Shown here: piece after piece, positions 1 to 9,951 of the stretch
How the letters are laid out: every line of letters starts with the position of its first letter
Numbering within the stretch: position 1 is the stretch's first letter
Assembly: GCA_951812805.1 (NCBI GenBank)
Contig: CATOSZ010000002.1
Location: 333,111-397,110, forward strand
DNA: 64,000 bases
Source: an uncultured Alphaproteobacteria bacterium
GTDB taxonomy: Bacteria; Pseudomonadota; Alphaproteobacteria; GCA-2731375
Reading direction: 5' to 3'
Notes under the pieces: model-generated
The model's input: only the letters and a program-made list of their open reading frames with translations
What the model was told of the DNA's origin: nothing
Database searches by the model: none
Program-made: the position numbers and the translations under genes

Positions 1-2
1 GG

Positions 3-257
3 ATCGAGGTTTTCGTCGACAGTGTCCGCGTCGCCGAGGGCTGTGGGCGCAACGTCGACGGCGGCCCCTTCGGCGCCACCGCGTGGCTGGCCAATACGCT
101 CGCCGCCGAGGGGCGCGGCCTCAGGGCCGGAGAGTTCGTCACCACGGGCACCACGACGCCGCCGATCCCGATTTCGGGCGACGGCACCGTGCGGGCGGAC
201 TTCGGTGCCCTCGGCCACGTCGAATTCACACTTCAGAACGGGGATCGCGCGTCATGA
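3..257 (+). CDS. 3' end of a 2-keto-4-pentenoate / 2-oxohept-3-enedioate hydratase-like (fumarylacetoacetate hydrolase superfamily) gene, truncated by the window edge
   Basis: Frame-3 translation reads ...GEFVTTGTTTPPIPISGDGTVRADFGALGHVEFTLQNGDRAS*, typical of MhpD/HpaH-type hydratase C-termini. Its stop overlaps the next start as ATGA. Confidence 0.5.
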   Translation: MEVFVDSVRVAEGCGRNVDGGPFGATAWLANTLAAEGRGLRAGEFVTTGTTTPPIPISGDGTVRADFGALGHVEFTLQNGDRAS

Positions 258-2032
258 CCACATCGGATAGCGAGGCCCGCTTTCCGCCCTACCTGATGGC
301 CGTGCTGGCCAGTCGGTTCGAGGCGATCATCCGCGAAATGACCAACACGGTCATGAAGGCGAGCCGTTCGGCCGTGATCAAGAACGCGCGGGACATGTCC
401 TGCGGCATCCTGACCTACGACCACCGCCTGCTGACGGTGGAAGAAGGGATCCCGATCCACATCACCGCCCTCGACCTGACGACGCGGCCAATCACCGAGT
501 ATTTCGACGACATCGCCGAGGGCGACGCCTTCCTCAACAACTGTCCCTATACCGGGGCGACGCATCATGCCGACCTCACGGTCTGCGTGCCCGTGTTCTG
601 GGAGGGGGAGCCGCTGTTCTGGGTGCTCGCGCGTTCCCACCACGCGGACATCGGCGCGCCGCTGCCGACCACCTACCTGCCCTACGCCGCCACCGTCTAC
701 GAGGAGGGGCTGCATTTCCCCTGCGTGCGCGTGCAGCGCGGGCACGAGGACCTGGCCGACATCATCCGCATGTGCCGGATGAAGATCCGCGTGCCGGACC
801 TCTGGTACGGCGATTACCGCGCCCAGGTCGGGGCCTGCCAGATCGGCGAACGGCGGATCGGCGAGCTGATCGCCCACCACGGCCTCGCGACGATCAAGGC
901 CTTCGTCGAGGAATGGATGGCCTATGGCGAGCGGCGCGCCATCGCCGCGATCTCCGAGCTGCCGGCCGGGACCTGGCGCTATGAGACCATGCACGATCCG
1001 GTGCCGGGCGTGGCCGAGGACGGCGTGCCGGTTCGCGTCACTGTCACCGTCGATCCCGAGGCGGGGCGGATTACCGTCGATGCCCGCGACAACATCGACT
1101 GCGTGCCGGGCGGCATCAACCTGACCGAGGCGACGGCGACCGGATCCTGCCGCATCGGCGTCTTCTACAATCTCGACCCCACGATCCCGCACAACGAGGG
1201 CAGCGCCAGCCGTATCGACGTGCTGCTGCGCGACGACTGTGTCGTCGGCCGGCCGAAGTATCCCGTCGGCACCTCCGTTGCCACCACCAACGTGAACGAG
1301 CGGCTGGTCATCGCCGTCGCCGCCTGCTTCGCCCAGATGGGCCCGCCGTACGGCATGGCCGAGGGCGGGCACATGATGGCGGCGGGCATGGCGGTGATTT
1401 CGGGCGTCGATTCCGCGCGGGACGACCGCGGCTACGTGAACCAGATGTTCATCGGCTATGCCAGCGGGCCCGGCATTCACGGCCACGACGGCTGGATCAC
1501 CTATCTCGCCTCGGAGAACGGCGGGATGATCGTGCTCGACTCGATCGAGATCGACGAGAGCATGTATCCGATCCTGGTCGAGGGCCGCTGGCTGGAGCCG
1601 GACACGCTCGGCCCCGGCGAGTTCGACGGCGCGCCCGGCATGAAGATGATCTACCGGCCGCTGCGCGACGAGATGACCGTGATCTACGCGAGCGACGGGG
1701 AGCAAAATCCAGGCCTCGGCGTGCTCGGCGGCGGTGCCGGCGCGCCCGCGGCGAACTGGAAGCGCCTGGCCGACGGCACGCTTCACCGGCTGCCGGCCTT
1801 CCATGGCGAGGTGGTGCGGCCGGGCGAGGCCGTAGTCTGCCTCGCCGGGGCCGGCGGCGGCTACGGCGATCCCCGCAAGCGGGCACCGAAACGGGTCGCG
1901 GCGAGCGCTGATCGCGGCTGGATCACGCCGGCGCGCGCCGAGGCGGTCTATGGCGTCGCCCTCGTGCCCGCGGCGGACGGCGTCGGCCACCGGGTCGACG
2001 AAGCGCGCACCCGTGCCTTGCGGGGAGGCTGA
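254..2032 (+). CDS. hyuB: Hydantoinase B / 5-oxoprolinase family protein (HyuB-like), 592 aa
   Basis: The ORF 83..2032 contains MTTSDSEARFPPYLMAVLASRFEAIIREMTNTVMKAS..., a HyuB N-terminal signature. The internal ATG at 254 is translationally coupled to the upstream stop (ATGA). Confidence 0.85.
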   Translation: MTTSDSEARFPPYLMAVLASRFEAIIREMTNTVMKASRSAVIKNARDMSCGILTYDHRLLTVEEGIPIHITALDLTTRPITEYFDDIAEGDAFLNNCPYTGATHHADLTVCVPVFWEGEPLFWVLARSHHADIGAPLPTTYLPYAATVYEEGLHFPCVRVQRGHEDLADIIRMCRMKIRVPDLWYGDYRAQVGACQIGERRIGELIAHHGLATIKAFVEEWMAYGERRAIAAISELPAGTWRYETMHDPVPGVAEDGVPVRVTVTVDPEAGRITVDARDNIDCVPGGINLTEATATGSCRIGVFYNLDPTIPHNEGSASRIDVLLRDDCVVGRPKYPVGTSVATTNVNERLVIAVAACFAQMGPPYGMAEGGHMMAAGMAVISGVDSARDDRGYVNQMFIGYASGPGIHGHDGWITYLASENGGMIVLDSIEIDESMYPILVEGRWLEPDTLGPGEFDGAPGMKMIYRPLRDEMTVIYASDGEQNPGLGVLGGGAGAPAANWKRLADGTLHRLPAFHGEVVRPGEAVVCLAGAGGGYGDPRKRAPKRVAASADRGWITPARAEAVYGVALVPAADGVGHRVDEARTRALRGG

Positions 2033-2034
2033 GC

Positions 2035-4119
2035 ATGGCCTTCGACATCTCGATCGATATCGGCGGCACCTTCACCGACTGCGTCGTCGCCGACGAGGCG
2101 GGCGACGTCCGCATCTACAAGGCCCGCTCGACCCCCGGCGCCTTCGAAGACGGGTTTCTGGAAGCGTTGCGCCTCGCCGCCGCCGACCGGGGCCTCGACC
2201 TCGCCGGGCTGTTGGCGGCGACGACGCGTATCGTGCACGGCACCACCGTCTCGACCAACGCGCTGGTCGAGGGCAAGGTCGCCCGTGTCGGCTTCATCGC
2301 CAATGCCGGCTTCCCCGATATCCTGACCTTGCGCGAGGGGCCGCGAAAGCGCGCCTTCGAATGGCGCCTGGATTTTCCCGCCCCCTTCGTGCCCCCGGAA
2401 CGCACGGCGACGGTCGGCGGACGCCTGGACGCCAGCGGCGCGGAGATCGAGCCGCTGGTCGAGGCGGACGTGCTGGCCGCGATCGGGCGCTTTCGCGCGA
2501 CCGGGGTCGAGGCGGTCGGCGTTTGCCTGTTGTGGTCCATCGTCGACGGCACCCACGAGCGTCGTGTGGCCGAGATCCTGGCGCGGGAATGGCCCGAGTT
2601 GCCGGTGACCCTGAGCCACGAGCTGAACCCGATACCCCGGGAATACCGCCGGGCCATCTCCACCGTGATCGATGCCAGCCTGGCGCGGATCGTCGGCGAT
2701 TACGTCACCGTCCTGCGCGAGGCGCTGGCGGCGAACGGCTATGCCCGCGAACTGCTGGTGGCGAACTCCGTCGGCGGCATGATGCCGCCGGACGAGATCG
2801 TCCGCCGGCCGATCTATTCGGTGATGTCCGGGCCGACCCTGGCGCCGATCGCCGCCCGCCACCTGAGCGACGCGGCCGACGTCATCGTCGTGGACATGGG
2901 CGGCACGACCTTCGACGTCTCCGCCATTCGCGGCGGCGAGGTGATCGTCACGCCGGAAGCCATGATCGGCCCCGACATGCTGGGGATCCCCAAGGTCGAC
3001 GTGCGCTCCATCGGCGCCGGCGGCGGCTCCATCGCCCGGGTCGACGCGGGCGGCCTGCTGCGCGTCGGGCCGGAGAGCGCGGGCGCGGTTCCGGGCCCCG
3101 CCTGCTACGCAATGGGCGGCGCGGCGGCGACGGTGACCGACGCCAACGTCGTGCTCGGCATTCTCGATCCCGACTTCTTCCTCGGCGGGCGGATCCGCCT
3201 CGACGCCGCGGCCGCTGAGCGTGCCGTCGACGCGGTGGCGGATGCGCTCGGCGTGACACGGATGGAGGCGGCGCATGCGATCCACACCACCTCCAACCAC
3301 AACATGATCACGGCGATCGAGGACATCACCGTGCGCGAGGGCATCAATCCGCGCGAGAGCTATCTGGTCTGCGGCGGCGGCGCGACCGCTTGTCACATCG
3401 GCGAGATGGCGGAGATCATCGGCATCGAGGGCTACATGATCCCGCGCTTCGCCGCCGGTCTGTCGGCCTATGGCGGTTTGATCTCCGATCTCAGATGGGC
3501 GGAGAGCGCGACGCTGGCCACGGACAGCCGGCGCTTCGATTTGGCGGCGGTGAACCGGGTGCTGGCCGCGCTGCGCGCGCGGGGCGAAGCCTTTTTGGAT
3601 CGGGCCGGCGTGCCGGCGGAAGACCGGGCCTACGAATACGCCTACCAGGGCCGCTACGAGTTCCAGTCCTGGGACATCGAGGTCGCCTTCACCCCGTCCG
3701 GCGAGGGGCTGGCACCGGGCGACATCGACACCCTGGTCGCCGCCTTCCATGCGACGCACGAGCGGATCTACACCATCTTCGACACCGACGACGTGGTGGA
3801 GATGACCAGCTGGCGGGTCCGCGCGGTCGGCCGCAACCATCTGGCCGATCGACTGGCGGCGGGTGAGACGGATACGCGCGAGGCCCCCGTGCCCAAGGCG
3901 CAGCGCGACGTCCATGTCCATGCGCTGGGCGGCCTGCAGCGGCTCGACGTGCACGACGGGGAGGCGCTACGCCCCGGGATGGAAATCCACGGCCCCGCGG
4001 TCGTCGAGGCGACGACCTTCACGACCCTGCTGCGACCCGGTCACGTCGCGCGGATCGACGGCCATGGCAACTATCTGGTGACGGTCGCCAGGTCGGGTGA
4101 TCCCGCGGCGGCTCAATAG
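2035..4119 (+). CDS. hyuA: Hydantoinase A / N-methylhydantoinase A family protein (HyuA-like), 694 aa
   Basis: MAFDISIDIGGTFTDCVV... is the ASKHA-fold hydantoinase A N-terminus. It starts 3 nt after the hyuB stop. Confidence 0.85.
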   Translation: MAFDISIDIGGTFTDCVVADEAGDVRIYKARSTPGAFEDGFLEALRLAAADRGLDLAGLLAATTRIVHGTTVSTNALVEGKVARVGFIANAGFPDILTLREGPRKRAFEWRLDFPAPFVPPERTATVGGRLDASGAEIEPLVEADVLAAIGRFRATGVEAVGVCLLWSIVDGTHERRVAEILAREWPELPVTLSHELNPIPREYRRAISTVIDASLARIVGDYVTVLREALAANGYARELLVANSVGGMMPPDEIVRRPIYSVMSGPTLAPIAARHLSDAADVIVVDMGGTTFDVSAIRGGEVIVTPEAMIGPDMLGIPKVDVRSIGAGGGSIARVDAGGLLRVGPESAGAVPGPACYAMGGAAATVTDANVVLGILDPDFFLGGRIRLDAAAAERAVDAVADALGVTRMEAAHAIHTTSNHNMITAIEDITVREGINPRESYLVCGGGATACHIGEMAEIIGIEGYMIPRFAAGLSAYGGLISDLRWAESATLATDSRRFDLAAVNRVLAALRARGEAFLDRAGVPAEDRAYEYAYQGRYEFQSWDIEVAFTPSGEGLAPGDIDTLVAAFHATHERIYTIFDTDDVVEMTSWRVRAVGRNHLADRLAAGETDTREAPVPKAQRDVHVHALGGLQRLDVHDGEALRPGMEIHGPAVVEATTFTTLLRPGHVARIDGHGNYLVTVARSGDPAAAQ

Positions 4120-4817
4120 GTGCCGCGCGGGCCGAAGATGGCGGTGCCGACGCGGACGAGCGTGGCGCCGAAGGGAATCGCGAGGGGGAAATCCGCGCTC
4201 ATGCCCATGGACAGGCCGTCGAGGCCGTTGCGCCGGGCGATTTCGCGCAGCAGGGCGAAATGCAGGCTCGGCTCCTCGTCGGCGGGCGGGATGCACATCA
4301 GGCCCCGCACGCTGAGCTGGAACTCGTCGCGGCATTGGGCGATGAGCGCGTCCGCTTCGTCCGGCGGGATCCCGGCCTTCTGCGCTTCGGCGCCGGTATT
4401 GACCTGGACGTAGCAGTCGACGGCGCGGCCGGCCTGCTGGATGGCCTCGGCGACCCGGCGCGCGATGCGGGGCCGGTCGATGGTCTCGATGCAATCGAAC
4501 AGCTCCACCGCGTCCCGCGTCTTGTTGCCCTGCAGGGGGCCGATCAGGTGCAGGCGCAAATCGGGAAAGGCCTCGCGAAGTTCCGGCCACTTGCGCTCCG
4601 CCTCCTGCACCCGGTTCTCGCCGAACAGGCGGTGGCCGGCCTCGAGCGCCGGGCGGATCCGATCCGGCCCGTGCGTCTTGGAGACGGCGACGAGGCCGAT
4701 GTCGCCGGCATCGCGCCCGGCCGCCGCCGCGGCCTCGGCGATTTCGGCCATGACGCCCGCCAGGTTGGCGGCGATGTCGATGTCGGGGTCGGAGGCTGGC
4801 GAGGGAACGGTGCTCAT
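4113..4817 (-). CDS. yggS: YggS-family pyridoxal-phosphate homeostasis protein
   Basis: 234 aa with ...GLVAVSKTHGPDRIRPALEAGHRLFGENRVQE...HLIGPLQGNKTR..., the classic YggS/PLPBP motifs. Confidence 0.85.
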   Translation of the reverse strand: MSTVPSPASDPDIDIAANLAGVMAEIAEAAAAAGRDAGDIGLVAVSKTHGPDRIRPALEAGHRLFGENRVQEAERKWPELREAFPDLRLHLIGPLQGNKTRDAVELFDCIETIDRPRIARRVAEAIQQAGRAVDCYVQVNTGAEAQKAGIPPDEADALIAQCRDEFQLSVRGLMCIPPADEEPSLHFALLREIARRNGLDGLSMGMSADFPLAIPFGATLVRVGTAIFGPRGTY

Positions 4818-4852
4818 GGCAGGGTCGCGCTTCGGTGGCTCGGAGTGGGTGA

Positions 4853-5467
4853 ATGACGACGGTAACAGAGGTCGCGGCCAGCCTCAATCGACGCCACCCG
4901 GCGGGCCGGCGGCTGCCGGCCGTACTGCTGCTGACGGACGCCCGGCGCCTGCCCGATCCGTTGGCCGCGGCGGCCTGCCTGCCCCCCGGCGCGATGATCA
5001 TCCTGCGGCACTACGAGGCACCGAACCGGGCCCGCCTGGCCGCCGACCTCGCCCGGCTCTGCCGCGCCCGCAGCGTCCTGCTCTCGATCGCCGGCGACGC
5101 CCGGCTGGCGCGGACCATCGGCGCCGACGGCGTGCACCTGCCCGAACACGCGTTGAAAGGCGGCCGGCGGGCCGACGCCGATCCGCGATTGCTGGTGACG
5201 GCGGCGGCGCATTCCCTGCCGGCGCTCCACCGCGCAGCGATGGCCGGCGCCGATGCCGCCCTGCTCTCCCCCGTCTTCGCCACCGCGAGCCATCCGGGCG
5301 CTCCGACGCTGGGCCCCGCCCGCTTCGCCCGCCTGATCGCCGCGGCCTCCCTGCCGGTCTATGCGCTCGGCGGCATCGAGGCCGCCAACGCAGGCCGGCT
5401 GCGGGCGAGCGGTGCCGTCGGCATCGCGGCGATCGGTGCCTATTTGCGCGAGTTCGGCGTCGGTTGA
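4853..5467 (+). CDS. Thiamine-phosphate synthase (ThiE/TenI) family protein
   Basis: 204 aa, TIM-barrel ThiE-like pattern (LLLTD..., ...VYALGGI...). No TPP riboswitch fits in the 35-bp upstream gap. Confidence 0.55.
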   Translation: MTTVTEVAASLNRRHPAGRRLPAVLLLTDARRLPDPLAAAACLPPGAMIILRHYEAPNRARLAADLARLCRARSVLLSIAGDARLARTIGADGVHLPEHALKGGRRADADPRLLVTAAAHSLPALHRAAMAGADAALLSPVFATASHPGAPTLGPARFARLIAAASLPVYALGGIEAANAGRLRASGAVGIAAIGAYLREFGVG

Positions 5468-6624
5468 TCTTTCGCTTTGGACATTTCTTCCAGCGCCAAG
5501 ATCATAGCTTTGAGAATGGCACGCCAAAGAGCGCTGGCGTCCGTCGATGCCGTGCTTGCGAAGTCACCCTCGGCATAACGCATGGTGAAGGCGATCAGAA
5601 CATCTTCGCGGCCGTTCATGTGCTTCGACATGGCGTTGACGGCTGCCCGCTCGATCAGGGAAGCGCCGGCCGGCGCCGAGACGCGCGGCTCGAGGAAGCG
5701 CAGGCGCCAGTCCATGTCGAACGTCGTCTCTTCATCATCGCGGCGCCAACGATCCTCGACCTCGATTTCGAGCACGCCGGCCTGGAGCCAGGTCGCAGGG
5801 GCCACGCCGACATAGTGACGCACTAGATCGACGGGCAGGGCATCGAACTTCCATTGTGTCTTTCGACCGGCGGCGCTGCCGCTCGTTGCAATGTCGATGC
5901 GGTGGCCGTCGATTTCACCGGAGATATTGGATCGGAAGAGCAGATCGAAAAGCGCCAGGTAGCCGCGGAACGGTGCAACGGCCAACCGCGTGAAGACATA
6001 GCGTACCGGTGGGCCGTCGGGCCGGCCCAGATGGATATCGACATCGGCGATTTGGAGGTCGCGAACGACGAAGTTCAATCGCCCTGCCGCCTTCACCAGA
6101 TTGAGCGGCGGGCCACCGCCCGCACGGCCGCCACCATCGGCGGTCACGACGCCACGCACGCCATCGATGCGCAGTCTCTCGACCTTGGACGCGCCGATCA
6201 GGGAGCCAACCAAGTCGACGTCGAGTATCACCTTTTCGAGGTCCAGGGCGAAACTGTCCGCCGCCAGCCCGGTTCTGCGGATCTCGACACGGTCAAGAGA
6301 CATTCGCCCGGTAAGAAGGTTCCCACTGGCGCCTTCGAAGGCGATTTCATAGCCCGTCGACGCGCCGACCCGGTCGGCGATCCAGCGACTGGTCGGCTCG
6401 AAGAAGAAGGCGCTCAGAACCGCGACGGCGGAGAGACAAAGAACCAAAAGTGAGAAAGCGAGCGCCGAAACCACCAGGGCGATACGCTTGAAGGACGGCG
6501 GGCTCCAGCCGAACAGCTGTGCGATCAACCCGACGAGCCCGGCCACGACATCGACGACGACCGCGACGATCCCAGCAGCGCAATGCACCAGGAGCTCGGC
6601 GACAATTCCAACCAGGGCCTCCAT
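5440..6624 (-). CDS. Hypothetical membrane protein (two N-terminal TM helices plus a periplasmic beta-rich domain, AsmA/DUF-like)
   Basis: ORF 5440..6660 with a hydrophobic N-terminus. The start was chosen at the internal MEALVG.... It overlaps the thiE-like gene convergently. Confidence 0.4.
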   Translation of the reverse strand: MEALVGIVAELLVHCAAGIVAVVVDVVAGLVGLIAQLFGWSPPSFKRIALVVSALAFSLLVLCLSAVAVLSAFFFEPTSRWIADRVGASTGYEIAFEGASGNLLTGRMSLDRVEIRRTGLAADSFALDLEKVILDVDLVGSLIGASKVERLRIDGVRGVVTADGGGRAGGGPPLNLVKAAGRLNFVVRDLQIADVDIHLGRPDGPPVRYVFTRLAVAPFRGYLALFDLLFRSNISGEIDGHRIDIATSGSAAGRKTQWKFDALPVDLVRHYVGVAPATWLQAGVLEIEVEDRWRRDDEETTFDMDWRLRFLEPRVSAPAGASLIERAAVNAMSKHMNGREDVLIAFTMRYAEGDFASTASTDASALWRAILKAMILALEEMSKAKDQPTPNSRK

Positions 6625-6924
6625 TTGCGCTCCCTCGATGTGCCGGTGCTTCGCCACCACATCAATAATTTCGAGAATCGATATGGTGTTAATCTATATA
6701 AATTCAATGCATACTAATGCGCCCTGCTGTTTCAGGCACGGCGAGACGAAAGTCGATTCCTCCTCACCGGTAAGCAAGGCGTCGATATTCCCCTAAGCGC
6801 CTCCAGCGCGTGCAGTCGTGATTGGCGCCCATTTCCGTGAGTTCGGCGTCAGCTGATCGGCGATTTCGCTGCACGTGAAGGGGACGTATGCGACACTCCC
6901 GGGGTTCGCAGGAAAGGGAGCGGG

Positions 6925-8139
6925 ATGGATCGACGGATCGTTGTCATCGGCGGCGGGGTCGTCGGCTGTAGCGTCGCCTGGCATCTGGCGAGCCGCCAAC
7001 TCGGCGCGGTGACGCTGGTCGAGAAGGAGAGCCTGGGGGCCGGGACGACCTGGCATTCGGCCGGCAACGTCACCTGGAAGCCCGGCGGCGACCGTGACGC
7101 GGAGGTGCTTTACCTGCTCGACACCGTCGAGGGGTTGGCGCGCGAGGGCGAGCAATCGATTGGCTGGTTGCGCACCGGGCGGATGTTCCTGGCCCGCGAC
7201 GAGGAGGTTCTCGCACCGCTCCGCGACATGGCCGACGCGGCGCGGGCGCGCGGGTTCGAGACCGAGATGTTGACGCCCGAGGCGGCGGCCGGGCGACATC
7301 CCTTGTTGAGCCCTGCGCACCTCGCCGGGGTCTGGCTCAACGGCACATCCGGGCGGCTCGACCCGGCCGGACTGACGGCGGCCTATGCCCGGGCCGCCCG
7401 CCGGCACGGCGTCGAGATCGTCGAAAACTGCCGCGTCGACGGTATCGCGGCCGAGGGTGGTCGCGTGCAGGCCGTCCGGACCGACGCCGGGGACCTGCCG
7501 GCGGACGTCGTGGTGGTCTGTTCGGGTCTCTGGTCGCGCGATCTGCTGGCCCCGCTCGACGTGGCGCTCGCGCAATGGGGCTGCGAGCATTTCTACGTCA
7601 TCGCCGAGCCGGGGGAGCGCATCGCGCGGGAGACGCCGTCCTTCGTCTCACCCGCGGACCTGCTCTATGGGCGCGAAGACGTCGGCAACTTCCTCTTCGG
7701 CTGCTTCGACGAGGCGGCGGTGACCCTGGAACCGGGCGCCTTGCCGGATCCCTTCGCCTTCACCCTGCTGGACGCCAACTGGGACAAGTTCGCGCCCTAC
7801 TTCGAGAAGATCCTCGATTTCTTCCCCGCGCTGGAGGAGGCGCCGATCCGCCGCTTCGTCAACGGCCCGGAAAGCTTCACGCCGGACGGCCATCCGCTCA
7901 TCGGCGGGGTCGGTTCGATCGACGGCCTCTATGTCGCGACGGGCATGAACTCCCACGGCGTCACGATCTCGGCGGCGGCGGGACACAACATCGCCGACCT
8001 CATCGCCGGGGTGCCGCCGCGCTTCGATGCCGTCGACTACGACCCCGGACGTTTCGGCGCGCGGGCCGGCGACGTTGCCTGGCTGCGCGCCACGGTCGCC
8101 GATGCGCCGAGCGGTTCCTACCGGGAGAGCAATCTTTAG
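6925..8139 (+). CDS. FAD-dependent oxidoreductase (DadA / glycine-sarcosine oxidase beta family)
   Basis: MDRRIVVIGGGVVGCSVAWHLA... Rossmann GxGxxG motif, 404 aa. Confidence 0.8.
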   Translation: MDRRIVVIGGGVVGCSVAWHLASRQLGAVTLVEKESLGAGTTWHSAGNVTWKPGGDRDAEVLYLLDTVEGLAREGEQSIGWLRTGRMFLARDEEVLAPLRDMADAARARGFETEMLTPEAAAGRHPLLSPAHLAGVWLNGTSGRLDPAGLTAAYARAARRHGVEIVENCRVDGIAAEGGRVQAVRTDAGDLPADVVVVCSGLWSRDLLAPLDVALAQWGCEHFYVIAEPGERIARETPSFVSPADLLYGREDVGNFLFGCFDEAAVTLEPGALPDPFAFTLLDANWDKFAPYFEKILDFFPALEEAPIRRFVNGPESFTPDGHPLIGGVGSIDGLYVATGMNSHGVTISAAAGHNIADLIAGVPPRFDAVDYDPGRFGARAGDVAWLRATVADAPSGSYRESNL

Positions 8140-8199
8140 TTCGGATCAAGTTTGATCCGAAGTGGCCGGGGATCAAGCCAAATAATCTTTAGCCGAACC

Positions 8200-8991
8200 T
8201 CACGCGTAGGCCAGCAGACAATCCTCCCCCAGCGCCTCCAGCGGCGTGAAGTCGCGGGCCGCGTGGTATTCGGCGCGGGCGAAGGTTTCGCCGCGGTTGT
8301 CGACGGTCGAGACGTTGATGTAGAGCAACAGGCGGCGGAGCGGTGAGATGTTCACGCTGGAGCCGTGCACCACCGTCATGTTCATGAACAGCAGCGCGCC
8401 CTTGCGGGCCTCGATCGCCTCCAGCCCGTGGTTGTCGACCAGGCGGCTCATGGTCTGGGGTGTGATGTCGTAGCGGTGCTTGGCGGCACGCTCGTGGTCC
8501 GCCACGCCCTCGTCGATCACCGCTTCGGACACCATGCCCTCGCGCTGGCTGCCCGGCACGGCGAGCACCGGCGCGTTCACCGCCGTGACGTCGTCGAGGA
8601 AGACGGCGATCATGATGCCGTGCGGGCGCGGAATGCCGTCGATGCGGTGATAGGTCCCGTAGTCCTGGTGCCATTCGACGATGGAACCGCCGGTCTGCTT
8701 CACGTTGATCCGGCTTTGATGCACGAACACCTTGTTGCCGAGCAGCTGTTCCGCCGGCCCCAGGATCGCCGGATGGCGGGTCAGCGTGCCGAGGCGTTCA
8801 TCGAAGAGATGCATGCCCCAGCAGACGTGCGGGGCGCCGTCGGTTTCCCGCGCGACCTCCGGCCCGGTGCGCTCCAGCACCTTGAAGGCGGCCGTCTCCA
8901 ACACCGCGCATTCTTCCGCGCGAAGCGCGTCCGGCACGACGGTCCAGCCCTTTTCCTCGTACTCGCGAACCCGGGCATCGTCCAACTGCAT
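8200..8991 (-). CDS. Phytanoyl-CoA dioxygenase (PhyH) family 2OG/Fe(II) oxygenase
   Basis: 263 aa with the HQD...H signature (EWHQDYGTYH ... VVHGSSVN). Confidence 0.75.
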   Translation of the reverse strand: MQLDDARVREYEEKGWTVVPDALRAEECAVLETAAFKVLERTGPEVARETDGAPHVCWGMHLFDERLGTLTRHPAILGPAEQLLGNKVFVHQSRINVKQTGGSIVEWHQDYGTYHRIDGIPRPHGIMIAVFLDDVTAVNAPVLAVPGSQREGMVSEAVIDEGVADHERAAKHRYDITPQTMSRLVDNHGLEAIEARKGALLFMNMTVVHGSSVNISPLRRLLLYINVSTVDNRGETFARAEYHAARDFTPLEALGEDCLLAYA

Positions 8992-8995
8992 GGTC

Positions 8996-9769
8996 TCAAC
9001 CCTCCCCCTTCATGCCCTGGATGCCGTTCGCCAGCGCGCTCTGGAAAATACCGATGTCGTAGAAGTAGGACAGCATGCGGAAGCCGCGACCATGCCATTC
9101 CCGGCCCTGCGCCGGCGTGCCGACGAGGCCGGCGGCGGTCTTGCCGTGCTTCTCGGCCGCCGCGGCGATTTTGTCGATCCCGGCCTGCAGGTCCGGATGG
9201 TCGAACTGCCCCGGAATACCCATGGAGAGGGAGAGATCGGCATGGCCGAGATGGGCGACGTCGACACCCGGCACGGCCAGGATCTCGTCGACGTTGGCCA
9301 GGCCCTTGGCCGTCTCGATCAGCACGCAGACCATGGTGCGTTCGTGCGCGGCGGCCTTGGTGTCGGCCATCGAGGCCGAGCCGTAGTCGTCGTGCGCACC
9401 GCCGAACATGGCGCCGCGCTGGCCTTCCAGCGGATAGCGGGTCCAGGAGACCAGCTCCGCCGCCTCTTCCGCGCTTTCGACCATCTGGAACAGCAGGCCC
9501 ATGGCGCCGAGGTCGAGCAGGCGGGCGGTGTACTGGTAGGACTTCCCCGGCGGGCGGACCAGCGGCACCAGGCCGAGGCCGCGACAGAGCGCCAGCTGGG
9601 TCTTCATCTCCGACAGCGTGAAGCCCGAATGCTCCATGTCGTAGAAGACGAAATCGCAGCCGGCGTTGACCAGGATCTGCGGCAGGCCGGGACTGGAAAA
9701 TTCGAAGATCATTGTGCCGTGGGCGCTGCCGCCCTCGGCCAGGGTCTTTTTCACCGGATTGGCACGCAT
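8996..9769 (-). CDS. HpcH/HpaI family aldolase (2,4-dihydroxyhept-2-enedioate / 2-keto-3-deoxy-sugar-acid aldolase)
   Basis: MRANPVKKTLAEGG...LIETAKGLANVDEILAVPGVD... The start is moved to the internal ATG, which has a GGGAGGA RBS. Confidence 0.8.
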   Translation of the reverse strand: MRANPVKKTLAEGGSAHGTMIFEFSSPGLPQILVNAGCDFVFYDMEHSGFTLSEMKTQLALCRGLGLVPLVRPPGKSYQYTARLLDLGAMGLLFQMVESAEEAAELVSWTRYPLEGQRGAMFGGAHDDYGSASMADTKAAAHERTMVCVLIETAKGLANVDEILAVPGVDVAHLGHADLSLSMGIPGQFDHPDLQAGIDKIAAAAEKHGKTAAGLVGTPAQGREWHGRGFRMLSYFYDIGIFQSALANGIQGMKGEG

Positions 9770-9951
9770 GGTTTCATCCTCCCTCGCCCCGAATGCGGCC
9801 GGATCTTGGCCCGGATGCCGTACGACGGCAAGGTGCCGGACGGCGATGCGACGATCAAGACCAGCGGCAAGCGGCCGAAGGGAAGCTGTTGATGTCATAG
9901 CCCCGTCTGGGTCATGAAGGGGATCGAACTCGATCCCGTGACGGAGTTTTC

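Noticed and set aside
233-3954. Long minus-strand ORFs (233..1990, 585 aa; 1948..3954, 668 aa), and similar ones at 6793..7590, 18359..19633, 19296..20903, 33236..35602 (upstream part) and 36164..37852
   Set aside because: They are antisense to well-supported genes (hyuB/hyuA, FAD oxidoreductase, aminotransferase, MFS transporter, radical SAM). Their Arg/Gly/Ala-rich low-complexity translations are typical of stop-codon-poor frames in high-GC DNA.
4818-4852. TPP riboswitch upstream of the thiE-like gene
   Set aside because: Only 35 bp of intergenic sequence is available, and it overlaps the yggS gene end. This is too short for a THI-box aptamer.
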